Positions 1 through 8,646 of a stretch of 64,000 nucleotides of DNA are shown here, piece by piece (position 1 is the first letter of the stretch; each line of letters starts with the position of its first letter). Under the pieces are notes generated by a model. That model made no database searches, was not told where the DNA came from, and saw only the letters and a list, made by a program, of their open reading frames with translations. The DNA comes from a virus (taxonomy: Duplodnaviria; Caudoviricetes). The position numbers were made by a program, and so were the translations under genes. The stretch spans positions 64,001-128,000 of IMG/VR virus record IMGVR_UViG_3300021979_000003. One strand, written 5' to 3'.

Positions 1-41
1 AATACGCCGATATATAGTTTTTGTAATTCTAAATCGTACAT
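1..41 (-). CDS. 5' end of a gene truncated by the window edge (MYDLELQKLYIGV...), possibly gp41-like replicative helicase
   Basis: ATG at 41..39 overlaps the primase stop (TAATG) and the frame stays open to position 1; identity inferred only from position after the primase. Confidence 0.35.
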   Translation of the reverse strand, partial: MYDLELQKLYIGV

Positions 42-1069
42 TAGGTATACTTCTCCTTAAATATTCTTTTCATAACCTCGATTTTTACGGGGTTGTCAAT
101 TTTTTCTGAGATTATTCTGTCAACAACAAATAGCTTTCCATACATTTGTGTTGCTTCACCTAAGTCAAAGTTGTCATTCCAGTCTGGAAAGAAAACAGAC
201 CAATTGTTTTTAACTGCGGTATCTATCATCTTCATACCACCAGAGCCAAAGTCTGGTACAACAATAACAGTACCTTTGAATTGATTGATAAGTTGAACCT
301 GATTATATGTTGGTTCAAAATTCATGGTTGCGATACCATCATACAATAATGAATCAATTGGAGATTCATTAACTAACAAATACTTTCTCTGTTTGAATAT
401 ACTATCGATGTTGAAGACATACTTTGAACTATTTGGACTTCTCGTTATATAACGATCTTCCTTTTTGCACTTGTCTATCATCCTAGCTGTATACCCAACT
501 ATATTACCTTCATGCATGAAAGGTATTATAAGCCTTCTATTGAGCTTATTATCTTTTGATGGTGTCCACATGATATAAGGATGGTTTTCTACACCACGAT
601 CAACTGCGTAGTTATATACGTCAATTAAATCTTTACTATCGTTCTTCAATATTTCGTCATGTATCAGCGTCGTACCAGAAGGCAAATCTACTTTTTTAAA
701 GTCCAAGTCCAGCTTAGGCTTTGATTTAGTAGTTACGTCCAGACCTAGTAGGTTATATGCAACACTACTACTCTTAAGACTTTCTAACTGTGCCTTGTTT
801 ATTTCAGAGGATGGAACCCCCAATAGCTCCATAAATTTCTTGACTTTAAATCCTAAACGCTCACCCTTTTCCTGTCTGAATTTAAAGCGACAGTTGAAGC
901 AGTTATAACCTATAGTGTCATACTCAATAAAAAGACCACCACGGCCTTTGGTATCAGGGCGCGATTCACCCATATAAACACAGCAAGGGCAGTTAAACGA
1001 TATACATTTCCCGGTTGATCTTGACTTAGATGGGACATAATTCAATAATGTTTGTTTCAATATTTCCAT
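41..1069 (-). CDS. T4 gp61-like DNA primase (Zn finger + TOPRIM)
   Basis: N-terminal CPCC...CFNC zinc ribbon; RRLIIPF...IVGYTAR RNAP-like domain; TOPRIM VNESPIDSL...VVPD. Confidence 0.8.
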   Translation of the reverse strand: MEILKQTLLNYVPSKSRSTGKCISFNCPCCVYMGESRPDTKGRGGLFIEYDTIGYNCFNCRFKFRQEKGERLGFKVKKFMELLGVPSSEINKAQLESLKSSSVAYNLLGLDVTTKSKPKLDLDFKKVDLPSGTTLIHDEILKNDSKDLIDVYNYAVDRGVENHPYIMWTPSKDNKLNRRLIIPFMHEGNIVGYTARMIDKCKKEDRYITRSPNSSKYVFNIDSIFKQRKYLLVNESPIDSLLYDGIATMNFEPTYNQVQLINQFKGTVIVVPDFGSGGMKMIDTAVKNNWSVFFPDWNDNFDLGEATQMYGKLFVVDRIISEKIDNPVKIEVMKRIFKEKYT

Positions 1070-1086
1070 AACTTAACCTCTATAAG

Positions 1087-1114
1087 AAGTTACCATGGAA
1101 CCCCATATTGTCAA
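1087..1114 (-). promoter_or_regulatory. sigma70-type promoter for primase
   Basis: TTGACA-N16-TAACTT with TG extended -10 on the minus strand, upstream of the ATG at 1069. Confidence 0.55.
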
Positions 1115-1120
1115 TGAGGT

Positions 1121-1915
1121 TTATAGACGATTAATTTTACTATATATGAAGAAGTATTCTTCTGGTGTTTCAGTAATAAGTACTGCTCTATACTTTCCTT
1201 CAGGTAGTTCGTGATGACTCCATGTATGGTTGTGGATGTTATTCACCTCAATAAAGTCTTCCCATTGTGAACTATCTTCAGTGCGTATTGGATAATACTT
1301 ACCACGGTGCTTTTGAATCTTAACCTTTATAGGATCGGAAGTTTGATTGTCGTATGTATTAAACTCGACCATTCTGAAGTTCTCATCGACATCAATAAAC
1401 GGTTCAAGTACATATTCACCGTCAATCTCTTCTTCATGAGAATCTAATCGAATGTTATATGTTTCATTCATCTTCTCACTTACAATCTCAGAATAATTAT
1501 CTATTACTTCCATTTCACCTTTCATCATGAAGTCATGATCGATATATAGTGGTTCTTCGTTTCCTTCAGCATCTACAATGGATACAAAATATCCATATCC
1601 ACGTCTTGGTAAAAGCTGGTTTATAAATGTTTTAGGCAATACTACACTATAAACTTTGGTGTTATTTGTGGGGGATAAATAAAAGGTATCAACGACTAAT
1701 GTAGTTTCATCGTCAACAATCTTTACACATATATTTTTGTTTTCGAGTGCTATAGAACGTCTATCACGATCAGTAAGTTTGAAATTAAGAACGTTATCTA
1801 GGTTGCGATGTAGGGTTATTGTGTCATTAAACATGGTACTTGTATTCTCTAATCCTTCGTATGAGACGTTCCTAAATATAGGTACGGTTCGTGAATATTT
1901 ATATATGTGAATCAT
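1121..1915 (-). CDS. hypothetical protein, possibly virion structural
   Basis: 264-aa ORF; no recognisable catalytic motif. Confidence 0.55.
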   Translation of the reverse strand: MIHIYKYSRTVPIFRNVSYEGLENTSTMFNDTITLHRNLDNVLNFKLTDRDRRSIALENKNICVKIVDDETTLVVDTFYLSPTNNTKVYSVVLPKTFINQLLPRRGYGYFVSIVDAEGNEEPLYIDHDFMMKGEMEVIDNYSEIVSEKMNETYNIRLDSHEEEIDGEYVLEPFIDVDENFRMVEFNTYDNQTSDPIKVKIQKHRGKYYPIRTEDSSQWEDFIEVNNIHNHTWSHHELPEGKYRAVLITETPEEYFFIYSKINRL

Positions 1916-2311
1916 TTAATATTTATCCTTGGAGTTGAAATGCTTTTTGATATAGCGAAGATAAAAAACACATTTCCTTTTATATCTGAAATAGAGTCTA
2001 ATAATAATATTTATCACGGTATTATTTTAAATTACGACAAACTCAGTGTATCATTTATAGATATAGGGAAAATGAGAGACAAAAAAGAATTTGTGGCATT
2101 GATAAACTTATCCGAAAGGTGGTGGTGGTATTCAAACAGATCGATACCCCTGAACTTATTCTATTCAAACGAATCAGAACTGTTCATGAAGTATGTGACA
2201 CATTTGCCAGCAAAGACTTCTAACGTCGTCTCAGGGCACGTAGCATCGTTACAATCAATACTGGATGCCACTAAGACGAATAAGAAAAACAGGACTCTCA
2301 ATGTACTCTAG
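1907..2311 (+). CDS. hypothetical protein
   Basis: 134-aa ORF filling the gap between two minus-strand genes; start may be the internal Met at 1940. Confidence 0.55.
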   Translation: MNHLIFILGVEMLFDIAKIKNTFPFISEIESNNNIYHGIILNYDKLSVSFIDIGKMRDKKEFVALINLSERWWWYSNRSIPLNLFYSNESELFMKYVTHLPAKTSNVVSGHVASLQSILDATKTNKKNRTLNVL

Positions 2312-2895
2312 GCTCTTAAAACATACTTGATATAGTTCATACGTATAGTGATAGATACCGCATAAGCAATAGCATGGCTATACTTGAAGTAGAACTCACC
2401 ATTAGTAGGTTTTGTATAAAGAGTCTTTCTTGCCTCTTCTTTATTACTAAGATATAAATCCAATAAACTTTTTTTAGCTGGACGCATAAGTGCAAGTACA
2501 TCGGCCAATTCTTTAACGGACTTAGGTCGCACTTGGTTCACAAGATGAAAGTGATTAGATAAGTGTGGTAAATCGTTAACCACCTCTTCTTCTTTCAACA
2601 AGTTCCAATCCACTTCCAGATTCATAAGGTAATCAAGTTGCTCTTCATTATCAATATCTTCATACACTGAGTTATTCAAAACATCTATTTTGAAGAAACC
2701 ATATTTACCTGTTTCCTTATAATCAATAGAACACATATTGGTGTTCATAAACTTTGGTGCATTCTGAAAATAAACACCTACGTTGTGTTTCTTTATAACG
2801 CCATTGCCAATCATAGATGCATCTACATGATCCACAACAGATAAGAGCTTGTCCCTATCTGCCATGTCAATATCAATATCTGTATCATTTATCAT
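2308..2895 (-). CDS. minimal DNA polymerase III alpha (DnaE/C-family)-like catalytic core
   Basis: DTDIDID, KHNVGVY, GFFKIDVL, PKSVKELADVLALMRP and FYFKYSHAIAYA match DnaE motifs PDxDxD, HAAG, KxDxLGL, PxxxxDLxxxxALxRPG and YxFxKSHAxAYA in order. Confidence 0.8.
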   Translation of the reverse strand: MINDTDIDIDMADRDKLLSVVDHVDASMIGNGVIKKHNVGVYFQNAPKFMNTNMCSIDYKETGKYGFFKIDVLNNSVYEDIDNEEQLDYLMNLEVDWNLLKEEEVVNDLPHLSNHFHLVNQVRPKSVKELADVLALMRPAKKSLLDLYLSNKEEARKTLYTKPTNGEFYFKYSHAIAYAVSITIRMNYIKYVLRA

Positions 2896-3718
2896 ACATA
2901 GAACTCAAAATTGCTGACTTAATGGTTTCTAATGATTTGTCATTTTGTCTTGTGTTCTTCCCCATAAACACGTTCTTTTCTCGAATACCTCTAACAAAGC
3001 TGTCGATATTAATGCTTTTCATAGCATGTGCTAAATGAAGTACATCATTTAATGTAAACTCTGAATTGGAAGTTGCGTTTAGCTGCTCGGGATTATACAG
3101 GAGATTAATTGAGCGCATGTCTAAGCAATCAACCTTGTCCTTCGTTGAACTGCACTTCACACTTCTTCCTAACCCATAAATCCTTTCACCTTCATTTGAT
3201 AAAACAGGGACAGACCAACATTTATCTACATTGTATAAATGCACAGTTCCCGTAATGCCATTTTCTTTAAGAGTGTGAAGGAAAAGGTATAGCTTCTCAG
3301 AATCACCCAATATATGATCAGCGTCCATTTTGTTATCATGAAGGAACAGCTTTTTATAATAGGTTTCAACGTTTTTATATTTCTCACATAATACAAAGTT
3401 GGCGAAAGTCTCAGGAATACACAAAAGATAACGATCTTCATCTAGATCAATTTTATTTTTTGCGAGATAAGTAATAATCTCATCGCTTTTACCTATATTA
3501 AAAAACATGTTGTATCGTTGCTTCTGGTAATTGGTTTGAATCGCATAGCAACGGTATCCACTATTAGTGAACACACGCATGTTTTTATAAGACTCAGGGT
3601 CTTTGAGCTTTATTAGGTTTGATACCCTCATAAAGCTACTTAGTAAATCGGTTCCAGTAGTATCATTCTTTTGATATAGCTTCTCTAGGACTTTGTTTAC
3701 ATCAATACGCTTATACAT
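2885..3718 (-). CDS. hypothetical protein
   Basis: 277-aa ORF translationally coupled to both neighbours. Confidence 0.6.
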   Translation of the reverse strand: MYKRIDVNKVLEKLYQKNDTTGTDLLSSFMRVSNLIKLKDPESYKNMRVFTNSGYRCYAIQTNYQKQRYNMFFNIGKSDEIITYLAKNKIDLDEDRYLLCIPETFANFVLCEKYKNVETYYKKLFLHDNKMDADHILGDSEKLYLFLHTLKENGITGTVHLYNVDKCWSVPVLSNEGERIYGLGRSVKCSSTKDKVDCLDMRSINLLYNPEQLNATSNSEFTLNDVLHLAHAMKSINIDSFVRGIREKNVFMGKNTRQNDKSLETIKSAILSSMYDK

Positions 3719-4683
3719 TAGTAATATCCTCCCTCGATAATTCCACCATTTATATTAACAACCTCATCGCCCATTAGTTTTTTAATATCTTCCTCTTCAA
3801 ACTTCATACCAATGTTTGCATACTTTAGAATACGACTAAACTGGTTTATGTTGTTCAATGCAGTTTCGGTGATATCACATTGATAAATGTCATTGGTATT
3901 GGCGTAATCTGAGTTAACTACACATTTATCGACATCTTCTGACATATGCTCAAAGAAGAACTTAGTTTGAGAAAGATCGAACGTGCTGACCATTTTTCTA
4001 ACGTATGCCATTTTATTATCAACACTGATTGATTTTGTTGATTCAACTAACTTCTTCTTGGATACATTTACATATTGAATGTGTGGAGTGTTCTTACCAA
4101 CATTAGTTACTTTCCTTATAGAGAATATATTATTCTTACCAAAGTCCGACACCATTACTTGATCGCCCTTATAAAAAGCAAACGGACGCTCATACTTAGG
4201 TATATCTAATGTACGAAGTTTATTCTTAAGTGGCTTGAAGTCTAATTTAATAGAGTTACTTTGTTCTTTTGATGTGTATATGTGGAGCTTAAACTCATCA
4301 ATTTCATCAACGTGACATGTAGACCTAGTACTGCTTGCTATCAGATAAAAGTCGTCATCATTAGATGGTTGCTTCTTTTCTTGAAAAGACGAAGATATAG
4401 AAAAGAAATCTATATCAGAAGTGAAATACGCTTCCATATCTTCAGGTGTCAATTCAATATTATTTTGCACCATATATAATCGCCTAGCATAACCACCAGC
4501 AAATGCTATATAGGTGCGTTGAATCATATGGTTTAATAATTCTTCATCATCAATTTCTAGGAAAGACATAATAGTCTTAACTACTTCTTTATGGTTCTCT
4601 TTAAACAACGTTTTGAATTCTTCAAAATTCATTACAACCTCCAAATAAAAATAGCGTATCATGGATACGCTATTCGTCAACAT
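3718..4683 (-). CDS. nucleotidyltransferase (CCA-adding/poly(A) polymerase head-like)
   Basis: AFAGGYARR...SDIDFF Pol-beta superfamily signature; STFDLSQ and RILKYANIGMKF motifs. Confidence 0.7.
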   Translation of the reverse strand: MLTNSVSMIRYFYLEVVMNFEEFKTLFKENHKEVVKTIMSFLEIDDEELLNHMIQRTYIAFAGGYARRLYMVQNNIELTPEDMEAYFTSDIDFFSISSSFQEKKQPSNDDDFYLIASSTRSTCHVDEIDEFKLHIYTSKEQSNSIKLDFKPLKNKLRTLDIPKYERPFAFYKGDQVMVSDFGKNNIFSIRKVTNVGKNTPHIQYVNVSKKKLVESTKSISVDNKMAYVRKMVSTFDLSQTKFFFEHMSEDVDKCVVNSDYANTNDIYQCDITETALNNINQFSRILKYANIGMKFEEEDIKKLMGDEVVNINGGIIEGGYY

Positions 4684-4700
4684 TATATGTACATATAATT

Positions 4701-5432
4701 TTAAAGACCGGCAGATTTCAATACAGAGGTTATTGCTTTTGTTTCTTCACTATGTCTTTTAAATGCACCTTGCCAGTATTCAGGATCAATGATCTTATAC
4801 ATACAATCAACGTCCTTATCCGTTAGACTTGCTAGAAAGCGCTTACCAGACTTGGTGTTATATACAAGCCAAGGGCTTATCTTACCTGTTCTGAGATTGG
4901 ATACGATACGCATTTGACCTGCTTTCTCAAAGTACATATCCCAAGACTCTTTGTGTTCATCCGCCCACTTCTGCATAGTATCAAGGGACTTCTCAATTGC
5001 ATAATCTGGCTTCTCTGATTTAACTTTCTGGGATATGTATATTTCATACATACTATCTTTAGTCCACTTATCGAGTGGTACATTATTCTTAATCAGGAAG
5101 TCGATGTACTTTTCTGGTTCAAGCATTTTCATATCCGCCACATAGTGTCCAAATTTAATAAAGCCGTTGTAATACCTACTTGTAATAAAGTCTTCAAACC
5201 TAATTGGTTTCTTTCTCTGTTTATTACATTGTAAGGTTTCATAAAACTTTATATAAGCCATGAATGCAATTCTTGAAAACAGTTCTTCTTTACTATTTAA
5301 TCTAATCTTGTTTTCACACTTATGGAAAAGTAAACCACCTTCGGTTTTGTAGTTCTTCTTACACAAGTCACACTTATACAAATTTTTAGATCGCTTACCT
5401 TTAATACTATAATTATTGACTGACTCAGACAT
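4701..5432 (-). CDS. hypothetical protein with N-terminal Zn-finger-like motif
   Basis: CDLCKKNY...FHKCE; 243 aa. Confidence 0.6.
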   Translation of the reverse strand: MSESVNNYSIKGKRSKNLYKCDLCKKNYKTEGGLLFHKCENKIRLNSKEELFSRIAFMAYIKFYETLQCNKQRKKPIRFEDFITSRYYNGFIKFGHYVADMKMLEPEKYIDFLIKNNVPLDKWTKDSMYEIYISQKVKSEKPDYAIEKSLDTMQKWADEHKESWDMYFEKAGQMRIVSNLRTGKISPWLVYNTKSGKRFLASLTDKDVDCMYKIIDPEYWQGAFKRHSEETKAITSVLKSAGL

Positions 5433-5507
5433 ATATACTTCTCCGTGAAACTTTGATGATTGAAATGATTTTTGTTGTATATGTAGTTACCACTTGAGTC
5501 AAATAAA

Positions 5508-5999
5508 TTATATTATCTGTTTAACCTCTTTGAGTAACTTTTTTATCTCAGCATCGCTCCATCCGTAGCTTTCAGCCAGATCAACCCAAAAATCCTCACC
5601 ATAAATTTTATTCTTCTGAATCATCATCTTACATTCAGCCTCAGACATATTTTCATCTGAATACTGAAGCATAAGTTGCTGTAGAAGCGTTGTAGACTTC
5701 TTAGACTTAGGCGGTTTTATAAACGGCCTGAATGTTTTACCATTGCCTCGACATATACAACAAAGCCTATAGAAGAGGTCTTTGTCATCGTAGAGCGTAG
5801 TGAAGTCTTTGTTTAACACTTCATTTACTGTTGTCAACGCTTCTTCATGCGTTGCTGAGTTATTAGTACTGCTTAGGAACTGCATAACAATGAACGGGTC
5901 AAAGGCTTCAAAGTCTTCCTCGGGAAGACTCGCCAGCCATTCTTTGTTGTTTGCATCAATGTTCTTAAGAACTTCTTTTATATCTAATCTCTTAGCCAT
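5508..5999 (-). CDS. putative clamp-loader small subunit (gp62-like)
   Basis: FDPFIVMQFLSS...VNEVLN...RPFIKPPK resembles the T4 gp62 family; size and replication context fit. Confidence 0.45.
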   Translation of the reverse strand: MAKRLDIKEVLKNIDANNKEWLASLPEEDFEAFDPFIVMQFLSSTNNSATHEEALTTVNEVLNKDFTTLYDDKDLFYRLCCICRGNGKTFRPFIKPPKSKKSTTLLQQLMLQYSDENMSEAECKMMIQKNKIYGEDFWVDLAESYGWSDAEIKKLLKEVKQII

Positions 6000-6007
6000 A
6001 ATAATCC

Positions 6008-6523
6008 TTACATAAAATCGTTAGCTGATAACACATTGGGAATCTTAGATGTGGAATGTGTTATATAAAGACACAATGGATTCTCAGTATCATCAGTTAA
6101 TGGTATTGCTAACGCCTGACCGTTCTTGATTTTGGGTAGAACCCAATCATAGTCAGTGTACACAGTTTTAACTTTAATAGTACCAAAGTAGTGTCTAAAC
6201 CCATCAACAGGGTTTGTAATGATTACTGAAAAGTCTCTCGCATTAAGTGCGGTCATTGGAATTAGTTCTACTTCGGATATATCTTCTTCACCAATGAATA
6301 TATTCCAAGCCAAGGGAAGGATAACCGATTTCCCCATAACGTCACACTCAATAGCTGGTCCACTGTAATCTTCGACATAAACCAACCTTGGGAAGATTAT
6401 ATCAGCACCATCATAGCTTTTAGCATCTGATCCCAAATCTACTACTGTAAACTGTGTTTCAGGTATATCATCTTCAAGTGTAGTTAAGTCTAATATTTGT
6501 TTTTCTACTGTTAATATGTTCAT
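6008..6523 (-). CDS. hypothetical protein
   Basis: 171-aa ORF in the operon downstream of uvsW. Confidence 0.6.
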   Translation of the reverse strand: MNILTVEKQILDLTTLEDDIPETQFTVVDLGSDAKSYDGADIIFPRLVYVEDYSGPAIECDVMGKSVILPLAWNIFIGEEDISEVELIPMTALNARDFSVIITNPVDGFRHYFGTIKVKTVYTDYDWVLPKIKNGQALAIPLTDDTENPLCLYITHSTSKIPNVLSANDFM

Positions 6524-6837
6524 CGATTCTTACCTTTAAAATCGTCTTCGTCATTCTTGAGCATCATTTCAATTAATCTGTGTAATCGCAATATTTCTCT
6601 ATTTTGAGAATTGATACGGTCATTCAAAGCTTTCATGTTTCGCTGCTGGTCTATCATATGCTTTCTTAATGTGCGATTATCATTATGCATAGATTTCATA
6701 TTACCATCTAGTCGATGTACATTTTCATGTAACTTATTGTACTTCTCAGTAAGTTCTTCATTTGACTTATCTTTCTTCTCGGGAGGAACATATTTAAATT
6801 CCTTATCGTACTGGTCTTTCTTTTTAGTCATCGTCAT
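6520..6837 (-). CDS. coiled-coil hypothetical protein
   Basis: 105 aa, heptad pattern, ATGA overlaps on both sides. Confidence 0.55.
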   Translation of the reverse strand: MTMTKKKDQYDKEFKYVPPEKKDKSNEELTEKYNKLHENVHRLDGNMKSMHNDNRTLRKHMIDQQRNMKALNDRINSQNREILRLHRLIEMMLKNDEDDFKGKNR

Positions 6838-7727
6838 TCCTCACTTATATCATCATCTTCGTCATAATCCGTTACCGCTTCAATAATATCTCTGTAAGTT
6901 CCAGTGAATCTATCGTATGGGTATTCAGATTCATCGTAATATTCAATGCGGGTCTTTAAGTGTTTCTTACTAAACTTAGATTCTGATGATATATCCCATA
7001 TATTAACAAAGTCTTTGTCTTTGGCAACCCTTATACCACGACCAATTGTTTGTATTACACGAACAAATGATTTACCAGCTTCAATCATAACAAGATTAAA
7101 GATACGTGGAATGTTAATACCTACCGCCGCAACTTGATATGTTGCTATAATAACTTTGTTATCTGAAGTTTGAACACTCTTATACGTACTCTTACGCTCT
7201 TTTACTTTCGTTTTACCATACACAAATGTTGAATCAGGTATCATATCGTTAAGTAATTCACCAGCGGCCACTTTATTAACGAGAACCAGAGTGTTACCAC
7301 TTTTGTTTACTTCCTGAATAAATTCAGATATAAAGTCTAGCCTATCCTTGTCTGTGTTTAATGACTTGGCTTCCTGATCATACGATGTATATTCTTTTTT
7401 GTCTTTAGTTATTACACAATGTACATGACATTTAGATAGGATACCTTTGTCTTGTAACTGTTTTGCGGTAACACGATTAACCACTGGTCCCACATTTGCA
7501 ATAATAGATTTAGCATCAAATATTTCTTTGGGCATTGTGCCTGTAAATCCACGACGCAATGGAACATGTGGTAAGTACTTCCCTAAAATAGTGTCTAGTG
7601 ACTTACTTTTTGCTTGGTGACAATTAGATACTACTGCGCCTTCTGCAATATAATTATGATCAGACTCTATATGTAGATTATAAACTTTTTCAGGCTTTTC
7701 TATTATTCTTTTTTTCACCAGCTTCAT
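6834..7727 (-). CDS. uvsW: UvsW helicase C-terminal half, preceded by a 35-aa split-intein C-fragment (IntC)
   Basis: MKLVKKRIIEKPEKVYNLHIESDHNYIAEGAVVSN/CHQAK then SF2 motifs GFTGT (III), ATYQVAAVGINIPRIFNLV (V), QTIGRGIR (VI). Confidence 0.9.
   Translation of the reverse strand: MKLVKKRIIEKPEKVYNLHIESDHNYIAEGAVVSNCHQAKSKSLDTILGKYLPHVPLRRGFTGTMPKEIFDAKSIIANVGPVVNRVTAKQLQDKGILSKCHVHCVITKDKKEYTSYDQEAKSLNTDKDRLDFISEFIQEVNKSGNTLVLVNKVAAGELLNDMIPDSTFVYGKTKVKERKSTYKSVQTSDNKVIIATYQVAAVGINIPRIFNLVMIEAGKSFVRVIQTIGRGIRVAKDKDFVNIWDISSESKFSKKHLKTRIEYYDESEYPYDRFTGTYRDIIEAVTDYDEDDDISEE
7623..7727 (-). mobile_element. split intein C-fragment (IntC, 35 aa)
   Basis: Block F VYNLHIE, block G AEGAVVSN followed by +1 Cys; basic N-terminus. 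Confidence 0.9.
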
Positions 7728-8640
7728 AAAACTTTCCTATCTTATCTCTTGTTGTATTATCAAATCCATCACAATCAGAAGGTATTCCTTTATTATAAAA
7801 GAAATATTCATCGGCTATTATGAAAGTATAACCGTATTCTTCACACCATTTCTTCGCAGCATCTATTTTAGCTTTCGTTTTTTCATCATTTAAAAATGAC
7901 TTGGGTTTTACTTCTACTAATAGCTTATCATAAGTATTGATAAAGTCCACAATATACACGTAAGTTTCGTTATTATACTCATATGGTATTCTAATAGCTT
8001 CATAGTCAGCATCAGGATCAAAATATTGATATAAAGCTTCCCATGAGCTTCTATACGACTTACCGTTATATGTACTTTCCCAATGAGTATTTTTATTATT
8101 ACTATTGGGAGTAAATTCACCATTTAATATTTTTCGCTTAACTCTTTCACTTGCTTCCCTTTTATACTCTTCACTATGCCGCTTACCATACATAGCGTTG
8201 TTTTTTCCTTTTTTTGATAAGCTTATTTTACGTCGTGTTTCTTCACTAAACTTAGGTTTGTATGGGTAATTACCTTTCAAATCTTTATTCCATGGACCTT
8301 TACCATCTGTGTTCAAGTTTTTTCTTATGATATCTCCACAACTCTCTTGAGCTTTCTTTCCACCATTAGAGTTTTTTATATAATCTATCTCTTCTTTAGT
8401 ACTTTTTCTTACAGCTTCGTCTAAATGATAGAGTTTATCCCAATTATTCTTTATCATATCACTAGATTTGTTTGCTCTATTTTTAAATTTTCTAACTTCG
8501 CAAGGTTTATCAATTAACAAACCATTAGATAGCATCACGGTTTTACTGGTGATTTCCTCTACCCTAAGTTCTTGTCCATAGCTTTCTAACATACTGTTTA
8601 TTTTATTTTTCAATTTCTCATATCTCATAAATCCACCCAT
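7690..8640 (-). CDS. free-standing homing endonuclease: NUMOD3 repeats + TnsA/gp4-like PD-(D/E)XK nuclease
   Basis: PWNK, FSEETRRKISLSKKG and HSEEYKREAS NUMOD3-like motifs; YRSSWE...YE..IPY...YIVDF...LVEVKPK...AAKKWC; lies between intein halves; probable start at 8628. Confidence 0.8.
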   Translation of the reverse strand: MGGFMRYEKLKNKINSMLESYGQELRVEEITSKTVMLSNGLLIDKPCEVRKFKNRANKSSDMIKNNWDKLYHLDEAVRKSTKEEIDYIKNSNGGKKAQESCGDIIRKNLNTDGKGPWNKDLKGNYPYKPKFSEETRRKISLSKKGKNNAMYGKRHSEEYKREASERVKRKILNGEFTPNSNNKNTHWESTYNGKSYRSSWEALYQYFDPDADYEAIRIPYEYNNETYVYIVDFINTYDKLLVEVKPKSFLNDEKTKAKIDAAKKWCEEYGYTFIIADEYFFYNKGIPSDCDGFDNTTRDKIGKFYEAGEKKNNRKA

Positions 8641-8646
8641 TTCGTT

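Noticed and set aside
7690-8646. Group I intron interrupting uvsW
   Set aside because: The flanks are intein halves at the protein level and the insert is almost entirely one ORF with no room for intron core helices
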